From the NCBI GenBank assembly GCA_024404195.1, contig JAKSQJ010000002.1, forward strand, positions 9,661-73,660: a stretch of DNA of 64,000 nucleotides, given 5' to 3'. The stretch comes from Clostridia bacterium (GTDB lineage: Bacteria; Bacillota; Clostridia; Oscillospirales; Acutalibacteraceae). Position numbers and translations under genes: made by a program. Shown in pieces: positions 44,650-54,380 of the stretch. Numbering within the stretch: the first letter of the stretch is position 1; every line of letters starts with the position of its first letter. The notes beneath the pieces were generated by a model that searched no databases, was not told the DNA's origin, and saw nothing but the letters and a program-made list of their open reading frames with translations.

Positions 44650-46266
44650 TCAAGGGTTTTTGACGATTTTTTCGGCAATTTCCTTAAAAATTTGACCGCA
44701 GGAAATTTCGTTTGTGCCTTCGGAAAAAACGACCCCAACATATTGTGGTTTATCATAGGGGAAGAAACCGCAAAACCAACTGTTTGTAATCTCGGTTTTT
44801 CGGTTATATTTGCCCGTTTGCGCCGTTGCGGTTTTTCCTGCTATTTGAACTTTTTCGGAGGCAGCATCGGTGCCCGTTCCCTTTACGACCGTTCCTCTTA
44901 AACCTGTTTTTAACTTATCGGCGGCGACTTTTGACATAGCATAGGTTTTTTCGCCGATATTATAGGGTGTTTTAATGCCGTTTTTTATAGTTGCTTCAAC
45001 TATTGAGGGGATATGGTAACCGCCGTCACCTGCAATAGATAAATAAAGCGGCAAAATGCCGACGGGCGAAACGGTTATATCACCCTGACCTATCGCAAAG
45101 TTTGCTATTTGCGCATCGGCGGTAAGGTTATCTGTTTTGGTTAAATTTCCGCCCGAAACCGACAAGTTTTTACATATATTAAAGGAATTTCCGAAATTAA
45201 AGTTTGAACTGTATTTTCGGATTTTTTCGCTTCCTAAATTTATGGCAAGGTTATAAAAATAGGTGTTGCAGGAAAAGGCGAGGGCGCCGTTTAGGTCAAC
45301 AGTGCCGTGTCCGTCGTGCTTATGGCAGTAAAAATACCGGTGCGATAAAAGACATCTGCCCTTACAAGTATATGAAAATCCCGAAAGGTTATTATCAATG
45401 GCTGCGGCGGCTATTGTCGGCTTAAATACCGAGCCGACCGCAAAGCTTAAAAGCGCTCGGTTTATTAAGGGCGAGTTTTTGTCATTAAGCGAAGCGCTTA
45501 AATTTTGAGGGTCATAAGACGGGGTGCTTACAAGAGCCCTTATTTTGCCGTTTTTTGCATCGGCAATAATTATTGCGCCCTTTTTAAGCTTATTGCCTGC
45601 CTCAAATACTGCCTTTTGAATGTTTGTGTCAAGCGTTAAAACAACACCGTCCTTTACTGCTCTTATATCGTTTTCAAAATAGGGTTTTTCGCCGAGCAAG
45701 GACTGACCGTTTCCCGAAATCCGATAAACACCCTTAACATATTTATCGGTGTAAAGAATATCGTCATAAGCCGCTTCAATCCCCGAAACACCGTGTCCGT
45801 TTTCTCCCAAATAGCCGACAATATGCGGAAAAATGAAGTTTTTATAGTCGGTTTTATAGATGTATGTTGTTGCGATATTTTCGTTTTTAATTATCATATC
45901 GGGTTTGCAAAGGGCAACCTTTTTTTCTTTAAGGGTTTTAATTGCGCTTTCCTTTTCGCTTCCCGAAAGGTAGTCACTTACCGAAATAACGGCATCGGGC
46001 GAGGGCGGAATAAGGGCAAAATAATCGCGTTTGTTGTTTGTAATCGGCAGCATATTAGTATTGTAAACCGTCCACCTTATTCTCATTATGTTTTGAGTTT
46101 TGAGGGACTGTGAATTTTGAGCGGCGCTTAGGTTTTCGGTGGTTGAAATCTCATAAATGCGAAGAGCGGTCAAGAAAAAAAGGCAGGCAAAAAGCCCGTA
46201 ACAAACAATAATCCTGACCGAAAGAATTTCAAAGAAATTTTTATCTTTTTTGGCTCTTTTTTCCAT
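44650..46266 (-). CDS. Class B penicillin-binding protein (PBP2/SpoVD-like transpeptidase)
   Basis: An N-terminal TM anchor is present. The motifs are SxxK (GSVFKP), SxN (FSCN) and a KTG-like AGKTATA. I prefer the ATG at 46266 after GAGGTG. Confidence 0.8.
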   Translation of the reverse strand: MEKRAKKDKNFFEILSVRIIVCYGLFACLFFLTALRIYEISTTENLSAAQNSQSLKTQNIMRIRWTVYNTNMLPITNNKRDYFALIPPSPDAVISVSDYLSGSEKESAIKTLKEKKVALCKPDMIIKNENIATTYIYKTDYKNFIFPHIVGYLGENGHGVSGIEAAYDDILYTDKYVKGVYRISGNGQSLLGEKPYFENDIRAVKDGVVLTLDTNIQKAVFEAGNKLKKGAIIIADAKNGKIRALVSTPSYDPQNLSASLNDKNSPLINRALLSFAVGSVFKPTIAAAAIDNNLSGFSYTCKGRCLLSHRYFYCHKHDGHGTVDLNGALAFSCNTYFYNLAINLGSEKIRKYSSNFNFGNSFNICKNLSVSGGNLTKTDNLTADAQIANFAIGQGDITVSPVGILPLYLSIAGDGGYHIPSIVEATIKNGIKTPYNIGEKTYAMSKVAADKLKTGLRGTVVKGTGTDAASEKVQIAGKTATAQTGKYNRKTEITNSWFCGFFPYDKPQYVGVVFSEGTNEISCGQIFKEIAEKIVKNP

Positions 46267-46300
46267 AAAAAACACCTCGGTAAATAAATTATTACCGAGG
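46267..46300 (-). terminator. Hairpin + U-run immediately upstream of the PBP start codon
   Basis: On the minus strand, CCTCGGTAA-TAATTTA-TTACCGAGG is followed by TGTTTTTT and then ATG. The 3' arm contains the PBP Shine-Dalgarno sequence. Confidence 0.55.
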
Positions 46301-46382
46301 TTTTAATGTTTTATTCCGATTGATTATACGACTTATGCAATATCAATATTTATTGCATAAACCGTCCGCAGTCCGTTGTCCG

Positions 46383-47621
46383 CTATCTGCTATCTGCTGC
46401 CTTCATTCTGAGCATTGACCCCTTTTTAACGGGTCTTTCAAACGGGATTTTTATTATCTGCATCGGGTGGGGAGCGGAATCTATCTGCTCATCGTTTTCG
46501 TCAAACATAATATCGGTTGATATCCAAAACGGCTCGTTTCCCGCCTCTAAACAGTTAAGCTTTGTTCCCGAAAGGAATTTGTTTTTAAGAACGGCGGTAA
46601 TTTTGCCGTCCTCATAACCCTCAACAATGGCGGCAAGAGCATAATCTCTTATGTAACCTGCGTCCTTGTAGGTCTGGGCATTTTCGGGTCTGCCGAAATA
46701 AAAACCTGTTGAATATGTGCGGTGGCTTATGGTGTTAAGTTCTTCTTCTACCCAACTCGGCAACACCCAGTTATCAAGACCGCCTTTTAAGCTGTCAAGG
46801 GCGCCTCTGTAAGCATTGGCGGTAACGGCAACATAGTATTCGGTTTTGGCTCTGCCCTCAATTTTAATGCTTGAAACACCTGCCTTTACCATTTTATCAA
46901 GGTAAGGCGCCATACACATATCATTGGCATTAAGAATATAAGTTCCCTTTTCGTTTTCGGTAATATCAAAATATTGACCGGGGCGAGTTTGCTCCATTAA
47001 GGAATAACTCCAACGGCAGGGTTGAGCGCAGTCGCCGCGGTTTGCGTCCCTGCCCGTCATATAGCTTGATAAAAGACATCTTGCCGAGAAGGAAACACAC
47101 ATAGCGCCGTGTCCGAATGCTTCAAGTTCAAGTTCTTTCGGTGTTTTAGCCCTAATGGTTGCGATTTCTTCAAGCGATAATTCCCTTGCAAGAACAACCC
47201 GTTTTGCCCCCATATTGTAAAACTCGTTGGCGGTTACGGAATTAACCGTTCCCGACTGCACCGAGATATGAAGTTCGCAGTTTGGCGCATACTTTTTAAC
47301 AAGCGAAATCGTGCCCAAATCGGAGGCAATAACGGCATCCGCTCCTAAATCGTTAAGGGCGGTAAGATATTCGGGCAAGCGTTCCATTTCGTCTTCGTGC
47401 GGAATGGTGTTGCAGGTTATATGCACCTTTTTGCCGAACTTATGGGCATAATCAATACCCTCTTTTAACTCTGAAAAATCAAAGTTTTTTGAGGCGGTTC
47501 TCATTCCGAACTCTTTTCCTGCAATATATACCGCATCGGCGCCGAAATCAACGGCGGTTTTAAGGCGGTCAAGGTCACCGGCAGGGCATAAAAGCTCGGG
47601 AATTATTATATCATTCTTCAT
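46383..47621 (-). CDS. Peptidase U32 family protein
   Basis: A 412-aa ORF. The N-terminus PELLCPAGDLDRLKTAVDFGADAVY and the Cys-rich centre are typical of the U32 family. Confidence 0.8.
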   Translation of the reverse strand: MKNDIIIPELLCPAGDLDRLKTAVDFGADAVYIAGKEFGMRTASKNFDFSELKEGIDYAHKFGKKVHITCNTIPHEDEMERLPEYLTALNDLGADAVIASDLGTISLVKKYAPNCELHISVQSGTVNSVTANEFYNMGAKRVVLARELSLEEIATIRAKTPKELELEAFGHGAMCVSFSARCLLSSYMTGRDANRGDCAQPCRWSYSLMEQTRPGQYFDITENEKGTYILNANDMCMAPYLDKMVKAGVSSIKIEGRAKTEYYVAVTANAYRGALDSLKGGLDNWVLPSWVEEELNTISHRTYSTGFYFGRPENAQTYKDAGYIRDYALAAIVEGYEDGKITAVLKNKFLSGTKLNCLEAGNEPFWISTDIMFDENDEQIDSAPHPMQIIKIPFERPVKKGSMLRMKAADSR

Positions 47622-48813
47622 AAATCCAGTTTTTCTCCGATTTGAGTTTTGCTATAATTCTGTTATGCTCGTTAAGGGTTTTTGTATAGTAAAATTTCAT
47701 TTTTGCATCGGTTACAAAGAAATAATAATCAAAGTTTTCCTTTGGCTCTATTGAGGCCATAATCGCATTTATATCGGGCGAACAAAGCGGACCTACGGGA
47801 AGACCTTTGCACTGATAGGTATCATAACTTCCGTCACCGTAGGGATATTTCCTTGTCGGCGAGGAGCCGAGAGTCGGGAAATCGGGATTATCCATTCTCT
47901 TAAAGAAAATTGCCGCAACCTTTGACATTTCTTTCGGGTATTTTCCTGCCTCTAACTCAACAATAGACGACATACTCATTATTTCGTGGAAAGAATAACT
48001 CTTTCCCATAACCGAAATATTATTTATATCAACATTTTTATCAAGAAGCTTTTTATTGAGTGTTGAAAGCATTTTTTCAACCGCTAAATGCGCACATTCC
48101 TTTGAATCATAGCAGGAAAACTTATAGGTTTCGGGGTATAAATAACCTTCAAGACGGTAATATACCGAATCGGTCGGAATTTGCTTTACAAAATCAAAGT
48201 CAAATTCACCCTCCTGAACCTCATAAATAAAGTCCTCCTTCGTGCAGACGCCTTTTTTGTCTAAAAGCTCGGCAATTTCGTCAACCATTGCGCCCTCAAC
48301 TATTGTTACCTTAACATTTTTGGCTTCCTTGCCGTTTTGCATAAGGATTTGAGCGATACCGTCATAACCGAGTTCGGGGTTAAAGTGGTGGTAACCGTCA
48401 CGGAATTTGCCGTCATAGTGCTTCGCTTTGGCAAAAAGACGGAACAAAAGCGCCGATTTAACCGCACCCGTTTCTTTAAGCTCCGAAGCGATTTCGGTTG
48501 TTGTGGCGCCCGAAGTAATAGTTACCTCGCATTCGCCTAAATTCTCCCTGCCGAAGCCGATACCCAAATAGTCGGCTCCTGCAAAAATAATGCCGAAAGC
48601 CAAAATAAGTGCTACCAAAACAATGGAAACTATCCATATTATAGGGTTTGACTTCTTTTCTCTTTTTTCGCCCTTTTTCTTGCTGTGAGAAGTAGGGGTG
48701 TAGGGAGTATCGTCAATCTTAAAGCCGTCGGCAATACTAAATTCGTCTCGGACTTTGTTTTCTTCTTCGTTTGTTTGCAAATTTTCTTTGTTTTCTTCCA
48801 TATTATTCTCCAA
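47611..48813 (-). CDS. mltG: Endolytic murein transglycosylase MltG (YceG-like)
   Basis: A 400-aa ORF with a single TM helix after a charged N-terminus. The YceG motif is YRLEGYLYPETYKF. Confidence 0.8.
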   Translation of the reverse strand: MENNMEENKENLQTNEEENKVRDEFSIADGFKIDDTPYTPTSHSKKKGEKREKKSNPIIWIVSIVLVALILAFGIIFAGADYLGIGFGRENLGECEVTITSGATTTEIASELKETGAVKSALLFRLFAKAKHYDGKFRDGYHHFNPELGYDGIAQILMQNGKEAKNVKVTIVEGAMVDEIAELLDKKGVCTKEDFIYEVQEGEFDFDFVKQIPTDSVYYRLEGYLYPETYKFSCYDSKECAHLAVEKMLSTLNKKLLDKNVDINNISVMGKSYSFHEIMSMSSIVELEAGKYPKEMSKVAAIFFKRMDNPDFPTLGSSPTRKYPYGDGSYDTYQCKGLPVGPLCSPDINAIMASIEPKENFDYYFFVTDAKMKFYYTKTLNEHNRIIAKLKSEKNWIYEE

Positions 48814-49348
48814 AACGCATTGATTTGCGGATATTTTCGGCGGTGTTTTTATCCTTTAATGCCGCCAGAATTTCAAAGCCGAACAAAAATGCGGCTCCGG
48901 CTCCGAAAGCGGTTATGATGTTACCGTCTTTTACTACGGGGGCTGATAAAACATTCGCACCCGTAAGCTCTTTTTCAAAACCCAAATAGCAGGTGGCATT
49001 TTTATTTTTCAAAATTCCCTTGTGTCCCAAAATAGAAGGAGCGGCGCAAATTGCCGAAATAAGAACACCGTTTTCGTCGCAAAAATCAATAAATTTCTGC
49101 ACTTTTTCGTTCTTTTCAAGGTTAATCGTTCCCGGCATACCGCCCGGCAGGATAATCGCCTCAATTTCGCCATTCGGCATAACTTCATCTACCGTTTTAT
49201 CGCATAAAACGGGGATATTATGAGAACCCGTTACCGTTTTCCCCGTTACACCGACGGTTAAAACTTCAACCTTTGCCCTTCTTAAAATATCAATGGGGGC
49301 GAGGGCTTCAAGCTCCTCAAAACCGTCCGCTAAAAATACATATACCAT
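48803..49348 (-). CDS. DJ-1/PfpI/ThiJ-family protein
   Basis: A 181-aa ORF with FLADGFEELEA, ILPGG and the nucleophile-elbow AICAAP. Confidence 0.8.
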   Translation of the reverse strand: MVYVFLADGFEELEALAPIDILRRAKVEVLTVGVTGKTVTGSHNIPVLCDKTVDEVMPNGEIEAIILPGGMPGTINLEKNEKVQKFIDFCDENGVLISAICAAPSILGHKGILKNKNATCYLGFEKELTGANVLSAPVVKDGNIITAFGAGAAFLFGFEILAALKDKNTAENIRKSMRFGE

Positions 49349-49357
49349 TTATTTCAC

Positions 49358-50020
49358 CTATAAAACCTTTAACACTTCTTCTAAAATATCCTTTGAAATA
49401 TCCTCAACGCTTCGGGGCATCCCGTCTTTAGCGCAGGGGATAACCGTCCAACCCGAATATTTTGCGGTAAAATATGCGGCATCACGGCACTTTTTAAGGT
49501 AATCAACATCGCTTTCGTGAATATCCTTTTTGTTTTCGTCACCCTCGTATCTTCCCGACAAAAGTTTTTGAGAAACCTCTATCGGCATATCAAGGAAAAT
49601 AACCTTATCGGGCTTCGGAATAGCAACCTTTTTATATTCAAAATCATAAAGCCAGTCAAGAAAATTCTTCCATTCGCTTTCGGGCAGTTTTGAGGTTTGG
49701 TGAACGGCATTTGAGGTAGTATATCTTCCCGAAACGATGATACCGCCGCCGTTATAATATTCTCCCCAATTTTTCTTAAAAGAGGCAAAGCGGTCAACGG
49801 TATAAAAAACCGAAGCGGCATAGGCGTTAACATCATTCGGTTTGCTTCCGAACTCACCGCCTAAATACATCTTTATTAGGGCACTTGAATTGCTTTCATA
49901 ATCGGGGAAAGAAACACTTTTTGAGTCAAAGCCCTTTTCTTTTAATGCCTTCGGTAAAAGGGCAAGTTGTGTAGATTTTCCGCTTCCGTCAAGCCCCTCA
50001 ATAACAATAAGTTTACCCAT
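49358..50020 (-). CDS. tmk: Thymidylate kinase family protein
   Basis: The P-loop [12 protein letters not shown] is present. The length is 220 aa, and the gene overlaps thyX. Confidence 0.7.
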   Translation of the reverse strand: MGKLIVIEGLDGSGKSTQLALLPKALKEKGFDSKSVSFPDYESNSSALIKMYLGGEFGSKPNDVNAYAASVFYTVDRFASFKKNWGEYYNGGGIIVSGRYTTSNAVHQTSKLPESEWKNFLDWLYDFEYKKVAIPKPDKVIFLDMPIEVSQKLLSGRYEGDENKKDIHESDVDYLKKCRDAAYFTAKYSGWTVIPCAKDGMPRSVEDISKDILEEVLKVL

Positions 50021-50786
50021 TTTTCTTTAATTCCTCGTAAAATTCACGCATTTCTTTGGCTTTTCCGCAGGTCATTTTACCCTCGGGACAAGCCCCTGCA
50101 ACGCAGGAAGGTCCTGCCTTTTTAAACAGGTTCGGAGCAACCGCACAAACCTCTTTAAGCATTAAATCGGCTACCTCTTTTATCTCCCATTGGGCACGGC
50201 TGCAACAACGGTGATGAAAGAAATTCATAAGCGTTCTTGCATTCATGGTAACAACTATTTTTGTTTCGCAGGCATTGGGAAGAACGAAACGGGCATCCTC
50301 TATTGCCTTTTTTTCAGCCATTCTTGAGGCAGTTTTCTCGTCAAAACCCTCTTTAATAAAGGTTTTTTCGTGCTTCTTCTTTAATACCTCGGCGAGTTTA
50401 TCATATGCCTTTTGGTCGGCGTCCATTGTATCCTTAAAGAGTTTAAGCGCTTCGTCATTATCGGCAATTTCGGGAGGAACGATATACTCAAATGCCCCCT
50501 CGGTAACATATCTTTGGCTCTTTTGACTGTAAGATGCGATACGGTGACGGACAAGCTGATGCGTGCAGGCACGGCTAATGCCCTCAATTCCGAATGTAAA
50601 GGAAACATGCTCAATCGGGCTTTCGTGTCCCATATCGGCAAGCATTTTAACAAAAGAACTTATTTTTTCTTCGGTCAAACCGTCTCTTAAATCTTCTATA
50701 CCCGAACTGCTGTAACATAACTTTGCGGCAAACGCAACCGTTCTTTCGGGGTCGGGAGTGTGGGCTAAAAGAGTAACTTTAGGCAT
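50013..50786 (-). CDS. thyX: FAD-dependent thymidylate synthase
   Basis: The ThyX signature [14 protein letters not shown] (RHRxxSxxxxSxRY) is present. Confidence 0.9.
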   Translation of the reverse strand: MPKVTLLAHTPDPERTVAFAAKLCYSSSGIEDLRDGLTEEKISSFVKMLADMGHESPIEHVSFTFGIEGISRACTHQLVRHRIASYSQKSQRYVTEGAFEYIVPPEIADNDEALKLFKDTMDADQKAYDKLAEVLKKKHEKTFIKEGFDEKTASRMAEKKAIEDARFVLPNACETKIVVTMNARTLMNFFHHRCCSRAQWEIKEVADLMLKEVCAVAPNLFKKAGPSCVAGACPEGKMTCGKAKEMREFYEELKKNG

Positions 50787-50960
50787 AATAATCCTCCTAA
50801 AAATATATACTTGTTTAATTATAACAAAAAGTTAAGATATTATCAAATAAATTTTTTAATAAAAATTTAAAAAAATTAGCAAAAAGGTCTTTTTATGTTG
50901 AAAGAAGTGTGGTATTATATACATATAGAAAATTTAATTTACGGTTCGGAGGAATTATGG

Positions 50961-52088
50961 ATGTCTAACATTGATTTTAAGCACACACCTTACGGCGACC
51001 TTGCCATAGTAAGCATGAAGGGTTGCGAAGAAATTTCGTCAAAGGTTGACTATTATCTTAAGCAGTGGAGAAATATTCCCGAGGATGAGAGTTTTGTTGT
51101 CGGCGCTAACTGTCCCCGTTTCGGAACAGGCGAAGCGAAGGCAGTTCTTAACCATACTGCCCGCGGTCTTGACGCATTTATTATTTGCGACTGTTTTAAC
51201 TATAATGTTACATATAAAATGTATGGACAAACCGTTCCGATGAGCCCCGATGACCATTTTCAGGACTTAAAGCGTGTTATTGCCGCTTTCGGAGGCAAGG
51301 CAAGAAGAATTACCGTTATTATGCCTATGCTTTACGAGGGCAGACAGCATAGAAGAACGACCCGTGAATCTATGGACTGCGCTATGGCTTTGCAGGAGCT
51401 TATCGCAATGGGTGTTAAGAATATCATTACCTTTGATGCGCATGACCCCCGTGTAAACAATGCCATTCCGCTTGACGGTTTTGATAATGTTCAGGCAGCA
51501 TATCAGATGATTAAGGCGCTTCTTAAATCCGTTCCCGATGTTAAGCTTGATAAGGAGCATACGATGGTTGTTTCTCCCGATGAGGGCGGTATGGGAAGAT
51601 GTATTTACTATTCCTCCGTTTTGGGTCTTGACCTCGGTATGTTCTATAAGAGAAGAAATTATTCTATCGTTGTAAACGGCAGAAACCCGATAGAAGCTCA
51701 TGAGTTTTTAGGTAACGATATAACAGGCAAAGACCTTGTTTTGGTTGACGATATGATTTCTTCGGGCGATTCCATGCTTGATATTGCCAAAAAGCTTAAA
51801 GAAAAAGGCGCAAGAAGAATTTTTGTTTTCGCAACCTTCGGTCTTTTTGTTGAAGGTTTAGATAAATTTGATGAGTATTATAAAAACGGTATGATAGATA
51901 AGGTATTTACTACCAACCTTATTTATCAAACCCCCGAACTTTTGTCAAGAGAATGGTATGTAAATGTTAATATGTCAAAGTATATTGCCCTTCTTGTTGA
52001 TACCCTTAATAACGATAATTCAATCAGTTCGCTCCTTGACCCTGCCGACAGAATTAAGAAAATCGTTGCAAAATACGATGCAAACTGA
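50961..52088 (+). CDS. prs: Ribose-phosphate pyrophosphokinase family protein (long form)
   Basis: The PRPP-binding loop is LVLVDDMISSGDS, with FDAHD and SPDEGG motifs. I prefer the ATG at 50961 after GGAGG. Confidence 0.75.
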   Translation: MSNIDFKHTPYGDLAIVSMKGCEEISSKVDYYLKQWRNIPEDESFVVGANCPRFGTGEAKAVLNHTARGLDAFIICDCFNYNVTYKMYGQTVPMSPDDHFQDLKRVIAAFGGKARRITVIMPMLYEGRQHRRTTRESMDCAMALQELIAMGVKNIITFDAHDPRVNNAIPLDGFDNVQAAYQMIKALLKSVPDVKLDKEHTMVVSPDEGGMGRCIYYSSVLGLDLGMFYKRRNYSIVVNGRNPIEAHEFLGNDITGKDLVLVDDMISSGDSMLDIAKKLKEKGARRIFVFATFGLFVEGLDKFDEYYKNGMIDKVFTTNLIYQTPELLSREWYVNVNMSKYIALLVDTLNNDNSISSLLDPADRIKKIVAKYDAN

Positions 52089-52124
52089 TAATTAAAGCAA
52101 AAATTAAATATCACAATATAATTT

Positions 52125-52158
52125 CCCGTAAAGGTAAAAACCTTTGCGGGATTTTTTT
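52125..52158 (+). terminator. Intrinsic terminator after prs
   Basis: Hairpin CCCGTAAAGGT-AAAA-ACCTTTGCGGG followed by ATTTTTTT. Confidence 0.75.
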
Positions 52159-52258
52159 ATGAATTGTCATAAAGAGAATACCGTCAAATATCTGTTTCGG
52201 GCAGTTTTAAGAATAAAAGGGGGCTTTGGCGACATAAATATAAATAGGAGGCGAAGAT

Positions 52259-53281
52259 ATGAAAATAAACGGACAAAAGGTGATATTTTTTATATATTCG
52301 CTTTTCGGGATATTCCTTTTTTCAGGGATTTTTTATTTTATGTTTTTTGTTGATATTAAAACAACTACCGGTGTTTTTGATATCCCAGCAAATGCAGGAG
52401 AAATGATGGAAACGGCGGAAATAAGCGCAAAACCCACCGAAAAAGCGGCAGTTTCCACCACAAAAATCACCGATGTTGCGGCGAAGGGAAGCGCCATAGG
52501 CAAGATTACCGAGCGATACATTTCGCCCTATACCGCCAACACTTCGTATAAGAACATCTACCTTAAAAACAACACCGAATTAAAGGTTGACCTAAAATCG
52601 CTTTTTTTGGCAAAAACGGGGTATCATATAGAAAAAAACGGCTCACCGCAGGTGCTTATCCTACATACCCATGCGACCGAGTCGTATATGCCGACAAGCA
52701 GAGATTATTACACCAATAAGGATGTTACAAGGTCAACCGACAACTCAAAAAATATGGTTGCGATAGGCGAAATCGTCACGAAAAAACTAAACGCAAAGGG
52801 TATAAACACACTTCACAGCAAGACACAGCACGATTATCCGTCCTATAACGAGAGTTACGGCAGAGCGGCGGACACGATTTGTTCATACAAGCGAAAATAT
52901 AAAAATTTGAAGGTCGTAATAGATATTCACAGGGACGCAATTTCCGACGGAAAAACCGACAAAATCAAACTGACAAAGGATATAAACGGAAAACCTGCGG
53001 CGCAGATTATGCTCGTTATGGGGTCGCAGTCGGGAGGGGTCAAAAACTTCCCGAATTACAAGGAAAACCTTAAACTTGCGGTTAAAATTCAAAGCAAGGC
53101 AGAGCAGATGTATCCCGGTCTTGCAAGAAGCATTTGTCTTATGTCAAAAAATTATAACGAGTCGCTGACAAACGGCTCGGTTTTAATAGAAATCGGCACC
53201 GATGCCAACAGTTTTGAGGAGGCGAAATATTCGGCAGAGCTTTTGGGGAACATACTTTGCGAGGTCTTGCCGACACTTTGA
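52259..53281 (+). CDS. spoIIP: Stage II sporulation protein P
   Basis: A 340-aa ORF with an N-terminal TM helix. The motifs ILHTHATESY and VIDIHRDA are typical of SpoIIP. RBS AGGAGG. Confidence 0.8.
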   Translation: MKINGQKVIFFIYSLFGIFLFSGIFYFMFFVDIKTTTGVFDIPANAGEMMETAEISAKPTEKAAVSTTKITDVAAKGSAIGKITERYISPYTANTSYKNIYLKNNTELKVDLKSLFLAKTGYHIEKNGSPQVLILHTHATESYMPTSRDYYTNKDVTRSTDNSKNMVAIGEIVTKKLNAKGINTLHSKTQHDYPSYNESYGRAADTICSYKRKYKNLKVVIDIHRDAISDGKTDKIKLTKDINGKPAAQIMLVMGSQSGGVKNFPNYKENLKLAVKIQSKAEQMYPGLARSICLMSKNYNESLTNGSVLIEIGTDANSFEEAKYSAELLGNILCEVLPTL

Positions 53282-53283
53282 TA

Positions 53284-53490
53284 ATGAAAAGCTTTTTGGG
53301 ATTTTTAAAAGGAATGATTTTAACATTTTTTGTGATTTTCGCCGTGGCTTTCACTTCGTTCGCCGTCGCAAAGGCATACGAAAATACGGTTTATCTTGCA
53401 TTCGGCGTCAAAAAATCCGCCACCGAAATAACCGATGACGGAATAAGAATACTTGATTTTGAAATTAAACTTAAAAATTTCAAGTTTTAA
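53284..53490 (+). CDS. Small membrane protein of unknown function
   Basis: A 68-aa ORF (MKSFLGFLKGMILTFFVIFAVAFTSFAVA...) that starts 2 nt after the spoIIP stop. No homology was recognised. Confidence 0.4.
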   Translation: MKSFLGFLKGMILTFFVIFAVAFTSFAVAKAYENTVYLAFGVKKSATEITDDGIRILDFEIKLKNFKF

Positions 53491-54053
53491 GTTTCCAGTA
53501 AAACGAAGTTTGCGAGTTCGCTTTTAAGACGCGAAACAGGCAGTCCTACAACATTGAAATAATCGCCGTCTATTCCCTTAATAAGCTGGCTTCCTTTGCC
53601 CTGAATACCGTAACCTCCTGCCTTGTCAAAGGGCTCCTTTGTGGCAATATACTCTAAAATTTCGGATTTTGAAAGCGGATAAAATGTTACAAGGGTTTTC
53701 ACCGAAAAGCTGTGAATTCTATCGCCGAAAACGATGGCGCAACCGGTTATTACCGTATGAGTTTTGCCCGAAAGGGAGCAAAGCATATTAAATGCCTCGC
53801 TTTCCGATTTCGGCTTTCCGAGCATTTTATCCCCTGAAAATACGGCAGTATCGGCACCTATGACGATGCTGTTTTTATTTTTTTCGGCAATATGCTTTGC
53901 CTTTAATTTTGCCAAATATTCAGGTCGTTTTTGAAGCAAAATATCCTCGGGACAAACCTCGTCTATATCGGCGGTCACACAACTGTATTCGTCAACTATT
54001 TGTTTAAGAAGTTCTTTTCTGCGAGGCGATGACGACGCTAAAATATAATCCAT
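53487..54053 (-). CDS. maf: Maf-like nucleoside triphosphate pyrophosphatase
   Basis: It starts MDYILASSSPRRKELL, with later GADT and GAYGIQG-like (GGYGIQG) motifs. I prefer the ATG at 54053 after GGTG. Confidence 0.85.
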   Translation of the reverse strand: MDYILASSSPRRKELLKQIVDEYSCVTADIDEVCPEDILLQKRPEYLAKLKAKHIAEKNKNSIVIGADTAVFSGDKMLGKPKSESEAFNMLCSLSGKTHTVITGCAIVFGDRIHSFSVKTLVTFYPLSKSEILEYIATKEPFDKAGGYGIQGKGSQLIKGIDGDYFNVVGLPVSRLKSELANFVLLET

Positions 54054-54311
54054 ATTTTTCACCTTTTCACATTTTATCACACCTTTTTCGGAAATACAAA
54101 TAAAATTTGCAATATTTGCAATATAAATTGATACCGCAGAGAACGGGCTTGCTCGTTCCGCTTTTTATTCCCTACGGTCTAATGTCTGATATCTATTTCG
54201 GCAGGAGTGAACCCCTGCCCTACGCTCGCCGTTCATTATCCGTAAACCTTAAAGCTTTTCGGCGTTATTACGGTTTTATTATATATAATATAATAATATT
54301 TATTTTATCAG

Positions 54312-54340
54312 TTGAAAAAAATGCAATGCTATGGTATAAT
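54312..54340 (+). promoter_or_regulatory. SigmaA-type promoter with extended -10 (TTGAAA-17-TGgTATAAT) for the polymer locus
   Basis: TTGAAA at 54312-54317, a 17-nt spacer ending in TGG, and TATAAT at 54335-54340. Confidence 0.6.
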
Positions 54341-54380
54341 TGGGAAGATAGTAAATTTTAGTAGGGTGAAAATTTATTTT

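Noticed and set aside
54200-54219. tRNA T-arm-like hairpin (minus strand GGCAGGGGTTCACTCCTGCC) suggesting a tRNA gene or att-site remnant
   Set aside because: The loop length is wrong for a T-loop. No acceptor, D or anticodon arms can be built from the flanks. No integrase is nearby.
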